A DNA stretch of 64,000 bases from NCBI RefSeq assembly GCF_048403405.1, contig NZ_CP183129.1; one strand, given 5' to 3'. Both the position numbers and the translations under genes were made by a program. Position 1 is the first letter of the stretch, and each line of letters opens with the position of its first letter. The DNA comes from Escherichia coli (lineage in GTDB: Bacteria; Pseudomonadota; Gammaproteobacteria; Enterobacterales; Enterobacteriaceae). Positions 33,223 through 44,044 of the stretch are shown here, piece after piece. The notes under the pieces are model-generated. The model was not told the origin of the DNA. It saw only the letters and a list, made by a program, of their open reading frames with translations, and made no database searches.

Positions 33223-34233
33223 TTAGCATATACGCGGAAGCGGTTCGGCGTGTGGTAAATCGAGGGTTCGTTTCACGCCATACAGACCGGCAAGACGAAC
33301 ACCTTTACGTTCCACCACTTCACCAATCAGCGCCGCGTCTTTCCCCAGTGGATGGGAATGTAACGCTGCCAAAACTTGCTCTGCCGCGTTGCGTTCAACG
33401 GCGATCACCAGTTTGCCTTCGTTGGCAAAGTTAAGGGCGTCCAGTCCCAGCAGTTCGCAAACGCCGCGCACAGCAGGTTTAACCGGCAGTGCCGCTTCTG
33501 AAATTTCAATACCGCAACCGCAGGCTGCCGCGAACTCATGAACTACCGCGTTTACACCACCACGGGTGGCATCACGCAGCGCTTTCACGCCGGGAATGTC
33601 ACGCAGCGTCTGAATAAGCGGCGTTAGTACCGCGCAGTCGCTGACCAGTTCGCCGTCCAGCCCCAGTTGCTCACGCAGGTTAAGGATAGTCGCCCCGTGG
33701 TCGCCGAGCGTGCCGCTAACCAGTAATACATCGCCTGCGGTTAGCGTCTGTGCGCCCCAGTGAATATTCGCCGGAATTGCGCCCATGCCAGCGGTGTTGA
33801 TAAACAGTTTATCTGCCGCGCCGCGCTGCACCACTTTAGTATCGCCAGTGACGATGGCAATGCCTGCCGCGCGGGCGGTTTCTGCCATGCTGGTCACTAC
33901 GGCTTTCAGTGTCTCCATCGGCAATCCTTCTTCGAGGATAAAGCCACAGGAGAGATAGCGCGGAATAGCGCCACTGACCGCAACGTCATTCGCGGTTCCG
34001 CAAATCGCCAGCTTGCCGATATTACCGCCAGGAAAGAACAGCGGGTCAATGACGTAACTGTCGGTGGAGAACGCCAGACGGTCGCCTTCCGCTACCAGCT
34101 GCGCCAGATCAAGACGTGCCTGATCTTCCTGCTCTGCCAGCCACGGGTTGGCAAAGGCTTCCATAAACAGGCTGTTGATTAATTGCTGCATCGCCTGGCC
34201 GCCGCTACCGTGGGCGAGTTGGATATTATTCAC
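33223..34233 (-). CDS. hypE: Hydrogenase maturation protein HypE
   Basis: 336 aa ORF; last gene of hypABCDE. Confidence 0.95.
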   Translation of the reverse strand: MNNIQLAHGSGGQAMQQLINSLFMEAFANPWLAEQEDQARLDLAQLVAEGDRLAFSTDSYVIDPLFFPGGNIGKLAICGTANDVAVSGAIPRYLSCGFILEEGLPMETLKAVVTSMAETARAAGIAIVTGDTKVVQRGAADKLFINTAGMGAIPANIHWGAQTLTAGDVLLVSGTLGDHGATILNLREQLGLDGELVSDCAVLTPLIQTLRDIPGVKALRDATRGGVNAVVHEFAAACGCGIEISEAALPVKPAVRGVCELLGLDALNFANEGKLVIAVERNAAEQVLAALHSHPLGKDAALIGEVVERKGVRLAGLYGVKRTLDLPHAEPLPRIC

Positions 34234-35351
34234 GCTTCACTCTCCTGCTGACGATACTGATACCACGCGGCGCACGCTCCTTCGGAGGAAACCATCAGCG
34301 CACCAAACGCGGTTTGAGGATTACAGGTGTTACCAAACAGCGGGCATTGATGCGGCTTACATTTGCCCGTTAATACTTCGCCACAACGCGCGCGCGGGTC
34401 ATCGCAGACCTGCTGCGGTGCCGGGCGGAAATGTGCTTCGGCATCGAATCGCTGATAATCCGGCGTCAGGTGCACCCCGGAAGATTCAATCACGCCTAAG
34501 CCGCGCCATTCGCTGTCGCCGTTGACACAGAACACATCGGCAATTGCCTGTTGCGCCAGCAGGTTACCGGCATCCGGCACTACCCGGCGATACTGATTCT
34601 CTACCTTGCTGTGGGCCGCTATTTTCTGCTCCACTAGCATGACCACGCCTTGCAGTAGATCAAGCGGTTCGAAACCAGCCACCACCAGCGGACGATGAAA
34701 ATCGCTGGCGATAAAATTATAGGCATCAGTGCCGATCACCATACTGACGTGGCCCGGCGCGAGGAACGCGTCGATACCGTTATCCGGCTGTTCCAGCAAA
34801 CTGCGCAGTGTTGGGATGAGCGTAATGTGCTGGCAGAAGAAGTAAAAATTCTGCACATCGCGGGCTTTTGCCTGTTGCAGAGTGATGGCGGTGGTCGGCA
34901 TGGTGGTTTCAAAACCTAAGCCGAAGAACACCACTTTGCGGGTTGGATTCTCCTGCGCCAGTTTCAACGCATCCATCGGCGAGTAAACGATGCGCACATC
35001 GGCACCGCGTGCCTTTGCCTGTAACAGCGAACCCTGTTTCCCTGGTACGCGCATGGCGTCGCCAAAGGTACAGAAGATGACTTCCGGATGGCTGGCAATC
35101 TCCACGCAGGTGTCGATTCTACCCATCGGCAGTACACACACCGGGCAACCGGGACCGTGGATAAACTCAACGTTTTCCGGTAGCAACTGGTCGAGGCCGA
35201 ATTTAAAAATGGCGTGGGTATGACCGCCACACACTTCCATAATCCGCAGAGGGCGTTCGGCGGTGTAAGAGAGATGTGAAGCACGTTCGCGCAGATGCTC
35301 AATTAACTGCATCACCTGTTCCGGCGCGCGATATTCATCAACAAAACGCAT
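34230..35351 (-). CDS. hypD: Hydrogenase maturation protein HypD
   Basis: 373 aa ORF with conserved cysteine motifs. Confidence 0.95.
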   Translation of the reverse strand: MRFVDEYRAPEQVMQLIEHLRERASHLSYTAERPLRIMEVCGGHTHAIFKFGLDQLLPENVEFIHGPGCPVCVLPMGRIDTCVEIASHPEVIFCTFGDAMRVPGKQGSLLQAKARGADVRIVYSPMDALKLAQENPTRKVVFFGLGFETTMPTTAITLQQAKARDVQNFYFFCQHITLIPTLRSLLEQPDNGIDAFLAPGHVSMVIGTDAYNFIASDFHRPLVVAGFEPLDLLQGVVMLVEQKIAAHSKVENQYRRVVPDAGNLLAQQAIADVFCVNGDSEWRGLGVIESSGVHLTPDYQRFDAEAHFRPAPQQVCDDPRARCGEVLTGKCKPHQCPLFGNTCNPQTAFGALMVSSEGACAAWYQYRQQESEA

Positions 35352-35623
35352 TATTTTTCCTCGCCATACAACAGCGCGCCGACATCTGGCTCAACGTCAA
35401 ACATGTTTTGTAAGGCGTCGAGAGTGTCGCGTGCTTCGGCTTCATTAATTACGCTCATGGCAAAGCCAACGTGAACCAGTACCCACTGGCCCACGCGTGG
35501 CTGACCGTTTTCATCGCAGCTGCCGACTAACGTTAAATCGACGTCGCGCTGAATGCCGCAGACGTCGACTTTCGCCTGGTTGCCGTCAATGGTGCGGATC
35601 TGGCCGGGAACGCCTATGCACAT
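35351..35623 (-). CDS. hypC: Hydrogenase maturation chaperone HypC
   Basis: Track ORF trimmed to ATG at 35623 (MCIGVPGQI); 90 aa. Confidence 0.9.
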   Translation of the reverse strand: MCIGVPGQIRTIDGNQAKVDVCGIQRDVDLTLVGSCDENGQPRVGQWVLVHVGFAMSVINEAEARDTLDALQNMFDVEPDVGALLYGEEK

Positions 35624-36486
35624 CGCTGTGTCTCCAGCCAGTTCAGCCACTGGTCCATCCCTTCGCCGCTGGTGGCGGAAATAAGGATGATTTCAATTTC
35701 TGGATTGACTTCGCGGGCGCAGGCGATGCACTTCTCAACGTCAAAGTTGAGATACGGCAGCAGGTCAACTTTGTTGAGCAGCATCAGCGAGGCGGCGGCA
35801 AACATATGGGGATATTTCAGCGGTTTGTCTTCACCTTCGGTAACGGAAAGCACCGCCACTTTGTGTTTTTCACCGAGATCGAAGCTCGCCGGGCATACAA
35901 GGTTGCCAACGTTTTCGATAAACAGAATACCGTTATCGTCCAGTGGCAGGCGCGGCGCGGCGTCGGCAATCATCTGTGCGTCAAGATGGCAGCCTTTACC
36001 GGTGTTCACCTGAATCGCTGGTGTGCCGGTAGCGCGAATGCGTGCGGCATCGTTCACGGTTTGCTGGTCGCCTTCAATAACCGCGCACGGAACGCTGTCT
36101 TTCAGGCGCATTAAGGTTTCCGTCAGCAGGGTGGTTTTACCGGAACCAGGGCTGGAAACCAGGTTGAGCACCAGTTGCTTGCGGGCAGCAAAGCGCGCGC
36201 GGTTGCGTTCAGCCAGACGGTTGTTTTTGTCCAGCACGTCAATTTCAACTTCCAGCATCCGGCGCTGGCTCATGCCCGGCGCGTGAGTGCCCGCTTCGCC
36301 ATGACCGTAATGCAGGTCGCCTTCTTCAGTCTGGCTGGGGGTAAATTCAGGCGTTTTAATGCCGGTGATTTTCATCTTCGGGCGTGCCGCCGGGGCAAAT
36401 GGCGCGCTACGAAACGCGGAATGAGGGTTATGTTCATCACCCTCGATATACAGGTTGCCTTCACCGCAACCGCATGTTGTACACAT
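35614..36486 (-). CDS. hypB: Hydrogenase nickel-incorporation GTPase HypB
   Basis: 290 aa ORF with N-terminal CxxCGC metal site, histidine-rich stretch and GTPase motifs. Confidence 0.95.
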   Translation of the reverse strand: MCTTCGCGEGNLYIEGDEHNPHSAFRSAPFAPAARPKMKITGIKTPEFTPSQTEEGDLHYGHGEAGTHAPGMSQRRMLEVEIDVLDKNNRLAERNRARFAARKQLVLNLVSSPGSGKTTLLTETLMRLKDSVPCAVIEGDQQTVNDAARIRATGTPAIQVNTGKGCHLDAQMIADAAPRLPLDDNGILFIENVGNLVCPASFDLGEKHKVAVLSVTEGEDKPLKYPHMFAAASLMLLNKVDLLPYLNFDVEKCIACAREVNPEIEIILISATSGEGMDQWLNWLETQRCA

Positions 36487-36489
36487 CGC

Positions 36490-36840
36490 TCACTCCTGGT
36501 CTATTTCTATCCGCCGAATCTGTAAACCGTCGTCTGCCACAATCTGTAGCATGTCACCATGACACTGTGGACAGCGGCGGACGCGCTGGGTCAGTAGCGT
36601 CACATACTGTTGGCATGTTTCACACCAGCATTCGGCCTCTTGTTCTTCGAGGTGCAGTTTACAACCTTCCGCCACGCTGCCGCGGCAAACCAGATCAAAA
36701 CAAAAGGCAAGAGAGCTGGTTTCGACACAAGAAAATGCGCCAATTTTGAGCCAGACCCCAGTTACGCGTTTTGCGCCGTGTTTTGCGGCCTGCTGTTCGA
36801 TCAATTCCAGTGCCCGTTGGCAGAGGGTTATTTCGTGCAT
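36490..36840 (-). CDS. hypA: Hydrogenase nickel-incorporation protein HypA
   Basis: Track ORF trimmed to ATG at 36840 (MHEITLCQRALE), which has GGAGG upstream; 116 aa. Confidence 0.9.
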   Translation of the reverse strand: MHEITLCQRALELIEQQAAKHGAKRVTGVWLKIGAFSCVETSSLAFCFDLVCRGSVAEGCKLHLEEQEAECWCETCQQYVTLLTQRVRRCPQCHGDMLQIVADDGLQIRRIEIDQE

Positions 36841-36870
36841 ATCGCCTCCCATTAACTATTGCCAGCTACA

Positions 36871-36886
36871 AGCAATAATTGTGCCA
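36871..36886 (-). promoter_or_regulatory. Sigma-54 promoter (-24/-12) for the hyp operon
   Basis: Minus strand reads TGGCACAATTATTGCT, a perfect TGGCAC-N5-TTGC match, about 30 bp upstream of hypA. Confidence 0.55.
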
Positions 36887-36999
36887 GTGTTGATTATCCC
36901 TGCAGTGAATAATGTCGATGATGTCGAAATGACACGTCGACACGGCGACGAAATTCATCTTTAGCTTAAAAATCGCTTTAATAACAATGAATTAAAAGT

Positions 37000-37015
37000 T
37001 GGCACAGAAAATGCT
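37000..37015 (+). promoter_or_regulatory. Sigma-54 promoter (-24/-12) for the hyc operon
   Basis: TGGCACAGAAAATGCT, near-consensus TGGCAC-N5-TTGC, 37 bp upstream of hycA ATG. Confidence 0.5.
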
Positions 37016-37051
37016 TAAAGCTGGCATCTCTGTTAAACGGGTAACCTGACA

Positions 37052-37513
37052 ATGACTATTTGGGAAATAAGCGAGAAAGCCGATTACATCGCACAGCGGC
37101 ATCGTCGCCTACAGGACCAGTGGCACATCTACTGCAATTCGCTGGTTCAGGGGATCACGTTATCGAAAGCGCGCCTGCATCACGCCATGAGCTGCGCGCC
37201 GGACAAAGAACTCTGTTTCGTCCTTTTTGAACATTTTCGTATTTACGTCACCCTGGCGGATGGCTTTAACAGCCACACCATCGAGTATTACGTCGAAACA
37301 AAAGATGGTGAAGACAAACAGCGGATTGCGCAGGCGCAACTGAGCATTGACGGCATGATTGATGGCAAGGTCAACATCCGCGATCGCGAACAGGTTCTGG
37401 AACACTATCTCGAAAAAATCGCTGGCGTTTACGACAGCTTATACACCGCCATTGAAAACAATGTGCCGGTGAATTTAAGCCAACTGGTAAAGGGACAAAG
37501 CCCGGCAGCATGA
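37052..37513 (+). CDS. hycA: Formate hydrogenlyase regulatory protein HycA
   Basis: 153 aa ORF, first gene of the hyc operon. Confidence 0.9.
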   Translation: MTIWEISEKADYIAQRHRRLQDQWHIYCNSLVQGITLSKARLHHAMSCAPDKELCFVLFEHFRIYVTLADGFNSHTIEYYVETKDGEDKQRIAQAQLSIDGMIDGKVNIRDREQVLEHYLEKIAGVYDSLYTAIENNVPVNLSQLVKGQSPAA

Positions 37514-37637
37514 GCTGAGGCTTTGCCCGTTTTGCAGGCGTTACGCCTGTTTGGGGATGGGCGTGTCGATGAGTGTCGAAAATGACATTTCATCGGCATG
37601 TTTTCGTCAAAAATGACAATCACCTGAGGAATGCCTG

Positions 37638-38249
37638 GTGAATCGTTTTGTAATTGCTGACTCCACGCTCTGTATCGGCTGCCACACCTGTGAGGCCGCC
37701 TGTTCAGAGACGCATCGCCAGCACGGCCTGCAATCAATGCCGCGCCTGCGAGTGATGCTCAATGAAAAAGAATCTGCGCCGCAGCTCTGTCACCACTGTG
37801 AAGATGCGCCCTGTGCGGTGGTTTGCCCGGTTAACGCCATCACCCGCGTTGATGGGGCCGTGCAGTTGAATGAAAGTCTGTGCGTAAGCTGCAAACTGTG
37901 CGGCATCGCCTGCCCATTTGGCGCAATTGAATTTTCCGGCAGCCGTCCGCTGGATATTCCGGCAAACGCCAATACCCCGAAAGCGCCACCGGCACCGCCT
38001 GCTCCGGCGCGTGTCAGCACATTGCTTGACTGGGTGCCAGGTATTCGCGCGATCGCCGTCAAATGTGACCTTTGCAGTTTTGATGAACAAGGTCCGGCCT
38101 GCGTGCGGATGTGCCCGACTAAAGCCCTGCATCTGGTGGATAACACCGATATCGCCCGCGTTAGCAAACGTAAGCGTGAGCTGACCTTTAACACGGACTT
38201 TGGCGATCTCACCTTGTTTCAGCAGGCTCAAAGTGGAGAGGCTAAATGA
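37638..38249 (+). CDS. hycB: Formate hydrogenlyase subunit 2 (4Fe-4S ferredoxin-like)
   Basis: 203 aa ORF with multiple CxxCxxCxxxCP motifs; GTG start with GAGGA RBS. Confidence 0.95.
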   Translation: MNRFVIADSTLCIGCHTCEAACSETHRQHGLQSMPRLRVMLNEKESAPQLCHHCEDAPCAVVCPVNAITRVDGAVQLNESLCVSCKLCGIACPFGAIEFSGSRPLDIPANANTPKAPPAPPAPARVSTLLDWVPGIRAIAVKCDLCSFDEQGPACVRMCPTKALHLVDNTDIARVSKRKRELTFNTDFGDLTLFQQAQSGEAK

Positions 38250-40072
38250 GCGCAATTTCCCTGATCAATAGCGGCGTGGCGTGGTTTGTCGCCGCCGCTG
38301 TTCTGGCATTTCTCTTTTCTTTTCAAAAGGCGCTAAGCGGCTGGATAGCCGGAATTGGCGGCGCGGTGGGTAGTCTGTATACGGCAGCCGCGGGCTTCAC
38401 TGTACTGACTGGCGCGGTTGGCGTGAGCGGTGCGCTGTCGCTGGTAAGCTACGATGTGCAAATCTCTCCGCTTAACGCGATTTGGCTGATTACGCTCGGT
38501 CTGTGCGGTCTGTTTGTCAGCCTCTATAACATTGACTGGCATCGCCACGCGCAGGTGAAGTGCAACGGCTTGCAGATCAATATGTTGATGGCTGCCGCCG
38601 TCTGCGCCGTCATTGCCAGCAACCTCGGCATGTTCGTGGTAATGGCCGAAATCATGGCCCTGTGCGCGGTGTTCCTTACCAGCAACAGCAAAGAGGGCAA
38701 AGTGTGGTTTGCGCTGGGGCGTCTTGGCACTCTGCTGCTGGCGATTGCCTGTTGGCTGCTGTGGCAGCGTTACGGCACGCTGGATCTGCGCCTGCTGGAT
38801 ATGCGTATGCAACAGCTGCCGCTCGGTTCCGATATCTGGCTGCTCGGTGTGATTGGTTTTGGCCTGCTGGCCGGGATTATTCCGCTGCACGGCTGGGTGC
38901 CGCAGGCACATGCTAACGCCTCTGCGCCAGCTGCCGCGTTGTTTTCTACGGTAGTCATGAAAATTGGCCTGCTGGGCATTTTAACCCTGTCGCTGCTGGG
39001 CGGTAATGCACCGCTGTGGTGGGGGATCGCGCTGCTGGTGCTCGGCATGATCACCGCGTTCGTCGGCGGTCTGTATGCGCTGATGGAGCACAACATCCAG
39101 CGCCTGCTGGCTTACCACACCCTGGAGAATATCGGCATCATTCTGCTGGGGCTGGGCGCTGGCGTAACGGGTATCGCGCTCGAACAACCGGCGCTGATTG
39201 CCCTTGGTCTGGTCGGTGGTCTGTACCATCTGCTTAACCATAGCCTGTTCAAAAGCGTACTGTTCCTCGGGGCGGGGAGCGTCTGGTTCCGTACCGGGCA
39301 TCGCGATATCGAAAAACTTGGCGGTATTGGCAAGAAAATGCCGGTTATCTCCATCGCCATGTTAGTCGGGCTGATGGCAATGGCTGCGCTGCCGCCGCTG
39401 AACGGGTTTGCCGGGGAATGGGTTATCTATCAATCCTTCTTCAAACTGAGCAATAGTGGCGCGTTTGTTGCCCGTCTGCTGGGGCCGCTGCTCGCTGTGG
39501 GGCTGGCAATTACCGGTGCGCTGGCGGTGATGTGTATGGCGAAAGTCTATGGCGTCACGTTCCTCGGCGCGCCGCGTACCAAAGAAGCCGAAAACGCCAC
39601 CTGTGCGCCGCTCCTGATGAGCGTAAGCGTGGTGGCACTGGCGATTTGCTGCGTCATTGGCGGTGTTGCTGCGCCGTGGCTGCTGCCGATGCTCTCTGCT
39701 GCTGTACCTCTGCCGCTGGAGCCTGCTAACACCACCGTTTCTCAACCCATGATCACGTTGCTGCTGATTGCCTGCCCGCTGCTGCCATTCATCATTATGG
39801 CGATTTGCAAAGGCGATCGTTTGCCGTCGCGTTCCCGCGGCGCGGCCTGGGTGTGCGGCTACGACCATGAAAAATCAATGGTGATTACTGCTCACGGTTT
39901 TGCCATGCCGGTGAAACAGGCGTTTGCGCCGGTGCTGAAACTGCGCAAATGGCTGAATCCGGTGTCGCTGGTACCGGGCTGGCAGTGTGAGGGGAGTGCG
40001 TTGCTGTTCCGCCGGATGGCGCTGGTTGAACTGGCGGTACTGGTGGTGATTATTGTTTCACGAGGAGCCTGA
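38246..40072 (+). CDS. hycC: Formate hydrogenlyase membrane subunit 3
   Basis: 608 aa polytopic membrane ORF (antiporter-like). Confidence 0.95.
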   Translation: MSAISLINSGVAWFVAAAVLAFLFSFQKALSGWIAGIGGAVGSLYTAAAGFTVLTGAVGVSGALSLVSYDVQISPLNAIWLITLGLCGLFVSLYNIDWHRHAQVKCNGLQINMLMAAAVCAVIASNLGMFVVMAEIMALCAVFLTSNSKEGKVWFALGRLGTLLLAIACWLLWQRYGTLDLRLLDMRMQQLPLGSDIWLLGVIGFGLLAGIIPLHGWVPQAHANASAPAAALFSTVVMKIGLLGILTLSLLGGNAPLWWGIALLVLGMITAFVGGLYALMEHNIQRLLAYHTLENIGIILLGLGAGVTGIALEQPALIALGLVGGLYHLLNHSLFKSVLFLGAGSVWFRTGHRDIEKLGGIGKKMPVISIAMLVGLMAMAALPPLNGFAGEWVIYQSFFKLSNSGAFVARLLGPLLAVGLAITGALAVMCMAKVYGVTFLGAPRTKEAENATCAPLLMSVSVVALAICCVIGGVAAPWLLPMLSAAVPLPLEPANTTVSQPMITLLLIACPLLPFIIMAICKGDRLPSRSRGAAWVCGYDHEKSMVITAHGFAMPVKQAFAPVLKLRKWLNPVSLVPGWQCEGSALLFRRMALVELAVLVVIIVSRGA

Positions 40073-40074
40073 GA

Positions 40075-40998
40075 ATGAGTGTTTTATATCCGTTAATTCA
40101 GGCGCTGGTGTTATTTGCCGTTGCGCCGCTGCTCTCCGGTATAACCCGCGTGGCGCGCGCCCGCTTGCATAACCGTCGCGGGCCGGGCGTGTTGCAGGAG
40201 TATCGCGACATTATCAAACTGCTGGGCCGCCAGAGTGTTGGCCCGGATGCCTCCGGCTGGGTGTTCCGCCTGACGCCGTATGTGATGGTGGGCGTCATGC
40301 TGACTATCGCTACTGCGCTGCCGGTGGTGACCGTTGGTTCTCCGCTGCCGCAGCTGGGCGATTTGATCACCTTGCTGTATCTCTTTGCCATCGCGCGTTT
40401 CTTCTTTGCCATTTCTGGTCTGGATACCGGTAACCCGTTTACCGCTATCGGCGCGAGCCGTGAAGCGATGCTTGGCGTGCTGGTCGAACCGATGCTGCTG
40501 CTTGGTCTGTGGGTTGCGGCGCAGGTTGCCAGTTCCACCAACATCAGCAACATCACCGACACCGTTTATCACTGGCCGCTGAGCCAGAGCATCCCGCTGG
40601 TGCTGGCGCTTTGTGCCTGTGCGTTCGCCACTTTTATCGAAATGGGCAAACTGCCGTTCGACCTGGCGGAAGCCGAGCAGGAGTTGCAGGAAGGGCCGCT
40701 CTCTGAATACAGCGGTAGCGGCTTTGGCGTCATGAAATGGGGTATCAGCCTGAAACAGCTGGTGGTGTTGCAGATGTTCGTCGGGGTGTTTATTCCGTGG
40801 GGACAAATGGAAACCTTCACCGTCGGTGGGCTGCTGCTGGCGCTGGTGATTGCCATCGTCAAACTGGTGGTTGGCGTCCTGGTTATCGCGCTGTTCGAAA
40901 ACAGCATGGCCCGTCTGCGTCTTGATATTACTCCGCGCATTACCTGGGCTGGGTTTGGCTTTGCATTTTTAGCGTTCGTCTCCTTGCTGGCGGCGTGA
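40075..40998 (+). CDS. hycD: Formate hydrogenlyase membrane subunit 4
   Basis: 307 aa membrane ORF. Confidence 0.95.
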   Translation: MSVLYPLIQALVLFAVAPLLSGITRVARARLHNRRGPGVLQEYRDIIKLLGRQSVGPDASGWVFRLTPYVMVGVMLTIATALPVVTVGSPLPQLGDLITLLYLFAIARFFFAISGLDTGNPFTAIGASREAMLGVLVEPMLLLGLWVAAQVASSTNISNITDTVYHWPLSQSIPLVLALCACAFATFIEMGKLPFDLAEAEQELQEGPLSEYSGSGFGVMKWGISLKQLVVLQMFVGVFIPWGQMETFTVGGLLLALVIAIVKLVVGVLVIALFENSMARLRLDITPRITWAGFGFAFLAFVSLLAA

Positions 40999-41015
40999 TT
41001 AAAGAGAGTTTGAGC

Positions 41016-42725
41016 ATGTCTGAAGAAAAATTAGGTCAACATTATCTCGCCGCGCTGAATGAGGCATTTCCCGGCGTCGTGCTGGACCACGCCTGGCAGA
41101 CCAAAGATCAGCTGACTGTCACCGTAAAGGTGAACTACCTGCCGGAAGTGGTGGAGTTTCTTTACTACAAACAGGGTGGCTGGCTGTCGGTGCTGTTTGG
41201 CAACGACGAACGCAAACTGAATGGTCATTACGCCGTTTACTACGTGCTGTCGATGGAGAAGGGCACTAAGTGTTGGATTACGGTTCGCGTCGAAGTTGAC
41301 GCCAACAAACCGGAGTATCCGTCCGTGACGCCGCGCGTTCCGGCGGCGGTGTGGGGCGAGCGCGAAGTGCGCGATATGTACGGTTTGATTCCGGTTGGTC
41401 TGCCGGATGAACGTCGTCTGGTGCTGCCGGATGACTGGCCGGATGAACTTTATCCGCTGCGTAAAGACAGCATGGATTATCGTCAACGTCCGGCACCGAC
41501 TACCGATGCTGAAACCTACGAGTTCATCAACGAACTGGGCGACAAGAAAAACAACGTCGTGCCGATTGGTCCGCTGCACGTCACTTCCGACGAACCGGGT
41601 CACTTCCGTCTGTTCGTCGATGGCGAAAACATTATCGACGCCGACTACCGCCTGTTCTATGTCCATCGCGGCATGGAAAAACTGGCGGAAACCCGCATGG
41701 GTTACAACGAAGTGACCTTCCTCTCTGACCGTGTGTGCGGGATCTGCGGCTTTGCTCACAGCACCGCCTACACCACGTCGGTGGAAAACGCGATGGGTAT
41801 TCAGGTGCCAGAACGTGCGCAGATGATCCGCGCCATTCTGCTGGAGGTAGAACGCCTGCACTCGCATCTGCTCAACCTCGGCCTCGCCTGTCACTTTACC
41901 GGCTTCGACTCCGGCTTTATGCAGTTCTTCCGCGTGCGTGAAACCTCCATGAAAATGGCAGAGATCCTTACCGGTGCACGTAAAACCTACGGCCTGAACC
42001 TGATCGGCGGGATTCGTCGCGATCTGCTGAAAGATGACATGATCCAGACCCGTCAACTGGCACAGCAGATGCGTCGTGAAGTGCAGGAGCTGGTGGATGT
42101 GCTGCTGAGCACACCGAACATGGAACAGCGCACCGTCGGCATTGGTCGTCTGGATCCGGAAATCGCTCGCGACTTCAGTAACGTTGGCCCGATGGTCCGT
42201 GCCAGCGGTCACGCCCGTGATACCCGTGCCGATCACCCGTTTGTTGGTTATGGCCTGCTGCCAATGGAAGTCCACAGCGAGCAGGGCTGCGACGTTATTT
42301 CCCGTCTGAAAGTGCGTATCAACGAAGTCTATACCGCGCTGAATATGATCGATTACGGTCTGGATAACTTGCCGGGCGGCCCGCTGATGGTGGAAGGCTT
42401 TACCTACATTCCGCACCGTTTCGCGCTGGGCTTTGCCGAAGCGCCGCGCGGCGACGATATCCACTGGAGCATGACCGGCGACAACCAGAAGCTGTACCGC
42501 TGGCGCTGCCGTGCGGCGACCTACGCGAACTGGCCGACCCTGCGCTACATGCTGCGCGGCAACACCGTTTCCGATGCGCCGCTGATTATCGGTAGCCTGG
42601 ACCCTTGCTACTCCTGTACCGACCGCATGACCGTGGTCGATGTGCGTAAGAAAAAGAGCAAAGTGGTGCCGTACAAAGAACTCGAGCGCTACAGCATTGA
42701 GCGTAAAAACTCGCCGCTGAAATAA
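41016..42725 (+). CDS. hycE: Hydrogenase 3 large subunit
   Basis: Track ORF starts at GTG 40995; ATG 41016 gives MSEEKLGQHYLAALNEAF; 569 aa. Confidence 0.95.
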   Translation: MSEEKLGQHYLAALNEAFPGVVLDHAWQTKDQLTVTVKVNYLPEVVEFLYYKQGGWLSVLFGNDERKLNGHYAVYYVLSMEKGTKCWITVRVEVDANKPEYPSVTPRVPAAVWGEREVRDMYGLIPVGLPDERRLVLPDDWPDELYPLRKDSMDYRQRPAPTTDAETYEFINELGDKKNNVVPIGPLHVTSDEPGHFRLFVDGENIIDADYRLFYVHRGMEKLAETRMGYNEVTFLSDRVCGICGFAHSTAYTTSVENAMGIQVPERAQMIRAILLEVERLHSHLLNLGLACHFTGFDSGFMQFFRVRETSMKMAEILTGARKTYGLNLIGGIRRDLLKDDMIQTRQLAQQMRREVQELVDVLLSTPNMEQRTVGIGRLDPEIARDFSNVGPMVRASGHARDTRADHPFVGYGLLPMEVHSEQGCDVISRLKVRINEVYTALNMIDYGLDNLPGGPLMVEGFTYIPHRFALGFAEAPRGDDIHWSMTGDNQKLYRWRCRAATYANWPTLRYMLRGNTVSDAPLIIGSLDPCYSCTDRMTVVDVRKKKSKVVPYKELERYSIERKNSPLK

Positions 42726-42734
42726 GGAATCGCC

Positions 42735-43277
42735 ATGTTTACCTTTATCAAAAAAGTCATCAAAACCGGCACGGCGACCTCGTCTTATCCGCTGGAGCCG
42801 ATTGCGGTTGATAAAAACTTCCGTGGTAAGCCAGAGCAGAACCCGCAGCAGTGCATCGGCTGCGCGGCCTGCGTCAATGCCTGCCCGTCAAACGCCTTAA
42901 CGGTTGAAACCGACCTCGCCACAGGAGAGCTTGCCTGGGAGTTTAATCTCGGGCGCTGCATCTTCTGTGGACGCTGCGAAGAAGTTTGCCCGACGGCGGC
43001 GATCAAACTGTCGCAAGAGTACGAACTGGCGGTGTGGAAGAAAGAAGACTTCCTGCAACAGTCCCGTTTCGCGCTGTGCAACTGCCGCGTCTGCAATCGT
43101 CCTTTCGCCGTCCAGAAAGAGATCGACTACGCCATTGCGCTGCTTAAGCACAATGGTGACAGCCGCGCGGAAAACCACCGCGAAAGCTTTGAGACTTGCC
43201 CGGAATGTAAGCGCCAGAAATGCCTGGTGCCGTCCGACCGTATTGAACTGACTCGCCATATGAAAGAGGCCATCTGA
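42735..43277 (+). CDS. hycF: Formate hydrogenlyase subunit 6 (iron-sulfur)
   Basis: 180 aa ORF with two 4Fe-4S cysteine clusters. Confidence 0.95.
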   Translation: MFTFIKKVIKTGTATSSYPLEPIAVDKNFRGKPEQNPQQCIGCAACVNACPSNALTVETDLATGELAWEFNLGRCIFCGRCEEVCPTAAIKLSQEYELAVWKKEDFLQQSRFALCNCRVCNRPFAVQKEIDYAIALLKHNGDSRAENHRESFETCPECKRQKCLVPSDRIELTRHMKEAI

Positions 43278-44044
43278 TGAGCAATTTATTAGGCCCCCGT
43301 GACGCCAACGGCATTCCGGTCCCGATGACGGTGGATGAATCCATCGCCAGCATGAAGGCGTCGTTACTGAAAAAAATCAAACGTTCTGCCTACGTTTACC
43401 GCGTGGACTGCGGCGGCTGCAACGGCTGCGAAATCGAAATTTTCGCCACGCTTTCGCCGCTGTTTGATGCAGAACGCTTCGGCATTAAAGTCGTTCCTTC
43501 ACCGCGTCATGCGGATATTTTACTGTTTACCGGCGCGGTCACCCGTGCAATGCGATCCCCTGCGCTGCGTGCGTGGCAGTCCGCGCCGGACCCGAAAATT
43601 TGTATCTCCTACGGTGCCTGCGGTAACAGCGGCGGGATCTTCCACGATCTCTACTGCGTGTGGGGCGGTACGGATAAAATCGTCCCGGTGGATGTTTATA
43701 TCCCTGGCTGCCCGCCAACGCCTGCCGCCACGCTGTACGGCTTTGCAATGGCGCTCGGCCTGCTGGAGCAGAAAATTCACGCCCGTGGGCCGGGTGAGCA
43801 GGATGAACAACCGGCGGAGATCCTGCATGGCGATATGGTGCAGCCGCTGCGCGTGAAAGTGGATCGCGAAGCTCGCCGCCTGGCGGGTTACCGTTACGGT
43901 CGCCAGATTGCCGATGACTTCCTGACACAGTTAGGGCAGGGCGAAGAGCAGGTTGCACGCTGGCTGGAAGCGGAAAACGATCCGCGTCTGAACGAGATTG
44001 TCAGCCATCTGAATCATGTTGTTGAAGAGGCGCGTATCCGATGA
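43277..44044 (+). CDS. hycG: Hydrogenase 3 small subunit
   Basis: 255 aa ORF following hycF. Confidence 0.95.
   Translation: MSNLLGPRDANGIPVPMTVDESIASMKASLLKKIKRSAYVYRVDCGGCNGCEIEIFATLSPLFDAERFGIKVVPSPRHADILLFTGAVTRAMRSPALRAWQSAPDPKICISYGACGNSGGIFHDLYCVWGGTDKIVPVDVYIPGCPPTPAATLYGFAMALGLLEQKIHARGPGEQDEQPAEILHGDMVQPLRVKVDREARRLAGYRYGRQIADDFLTQLGQGEEQVARWLEAENDPRLNEIVSHLNHVVEEARIR

Noticed and set aside
41031-42464. 477-aa ORF on the minus strand entirely inside hycE
   Set aside because: Antisense shadow ORF of a long, codon-biased gene; no independent start context or intergenic space, and hycE is the well-supported gene.
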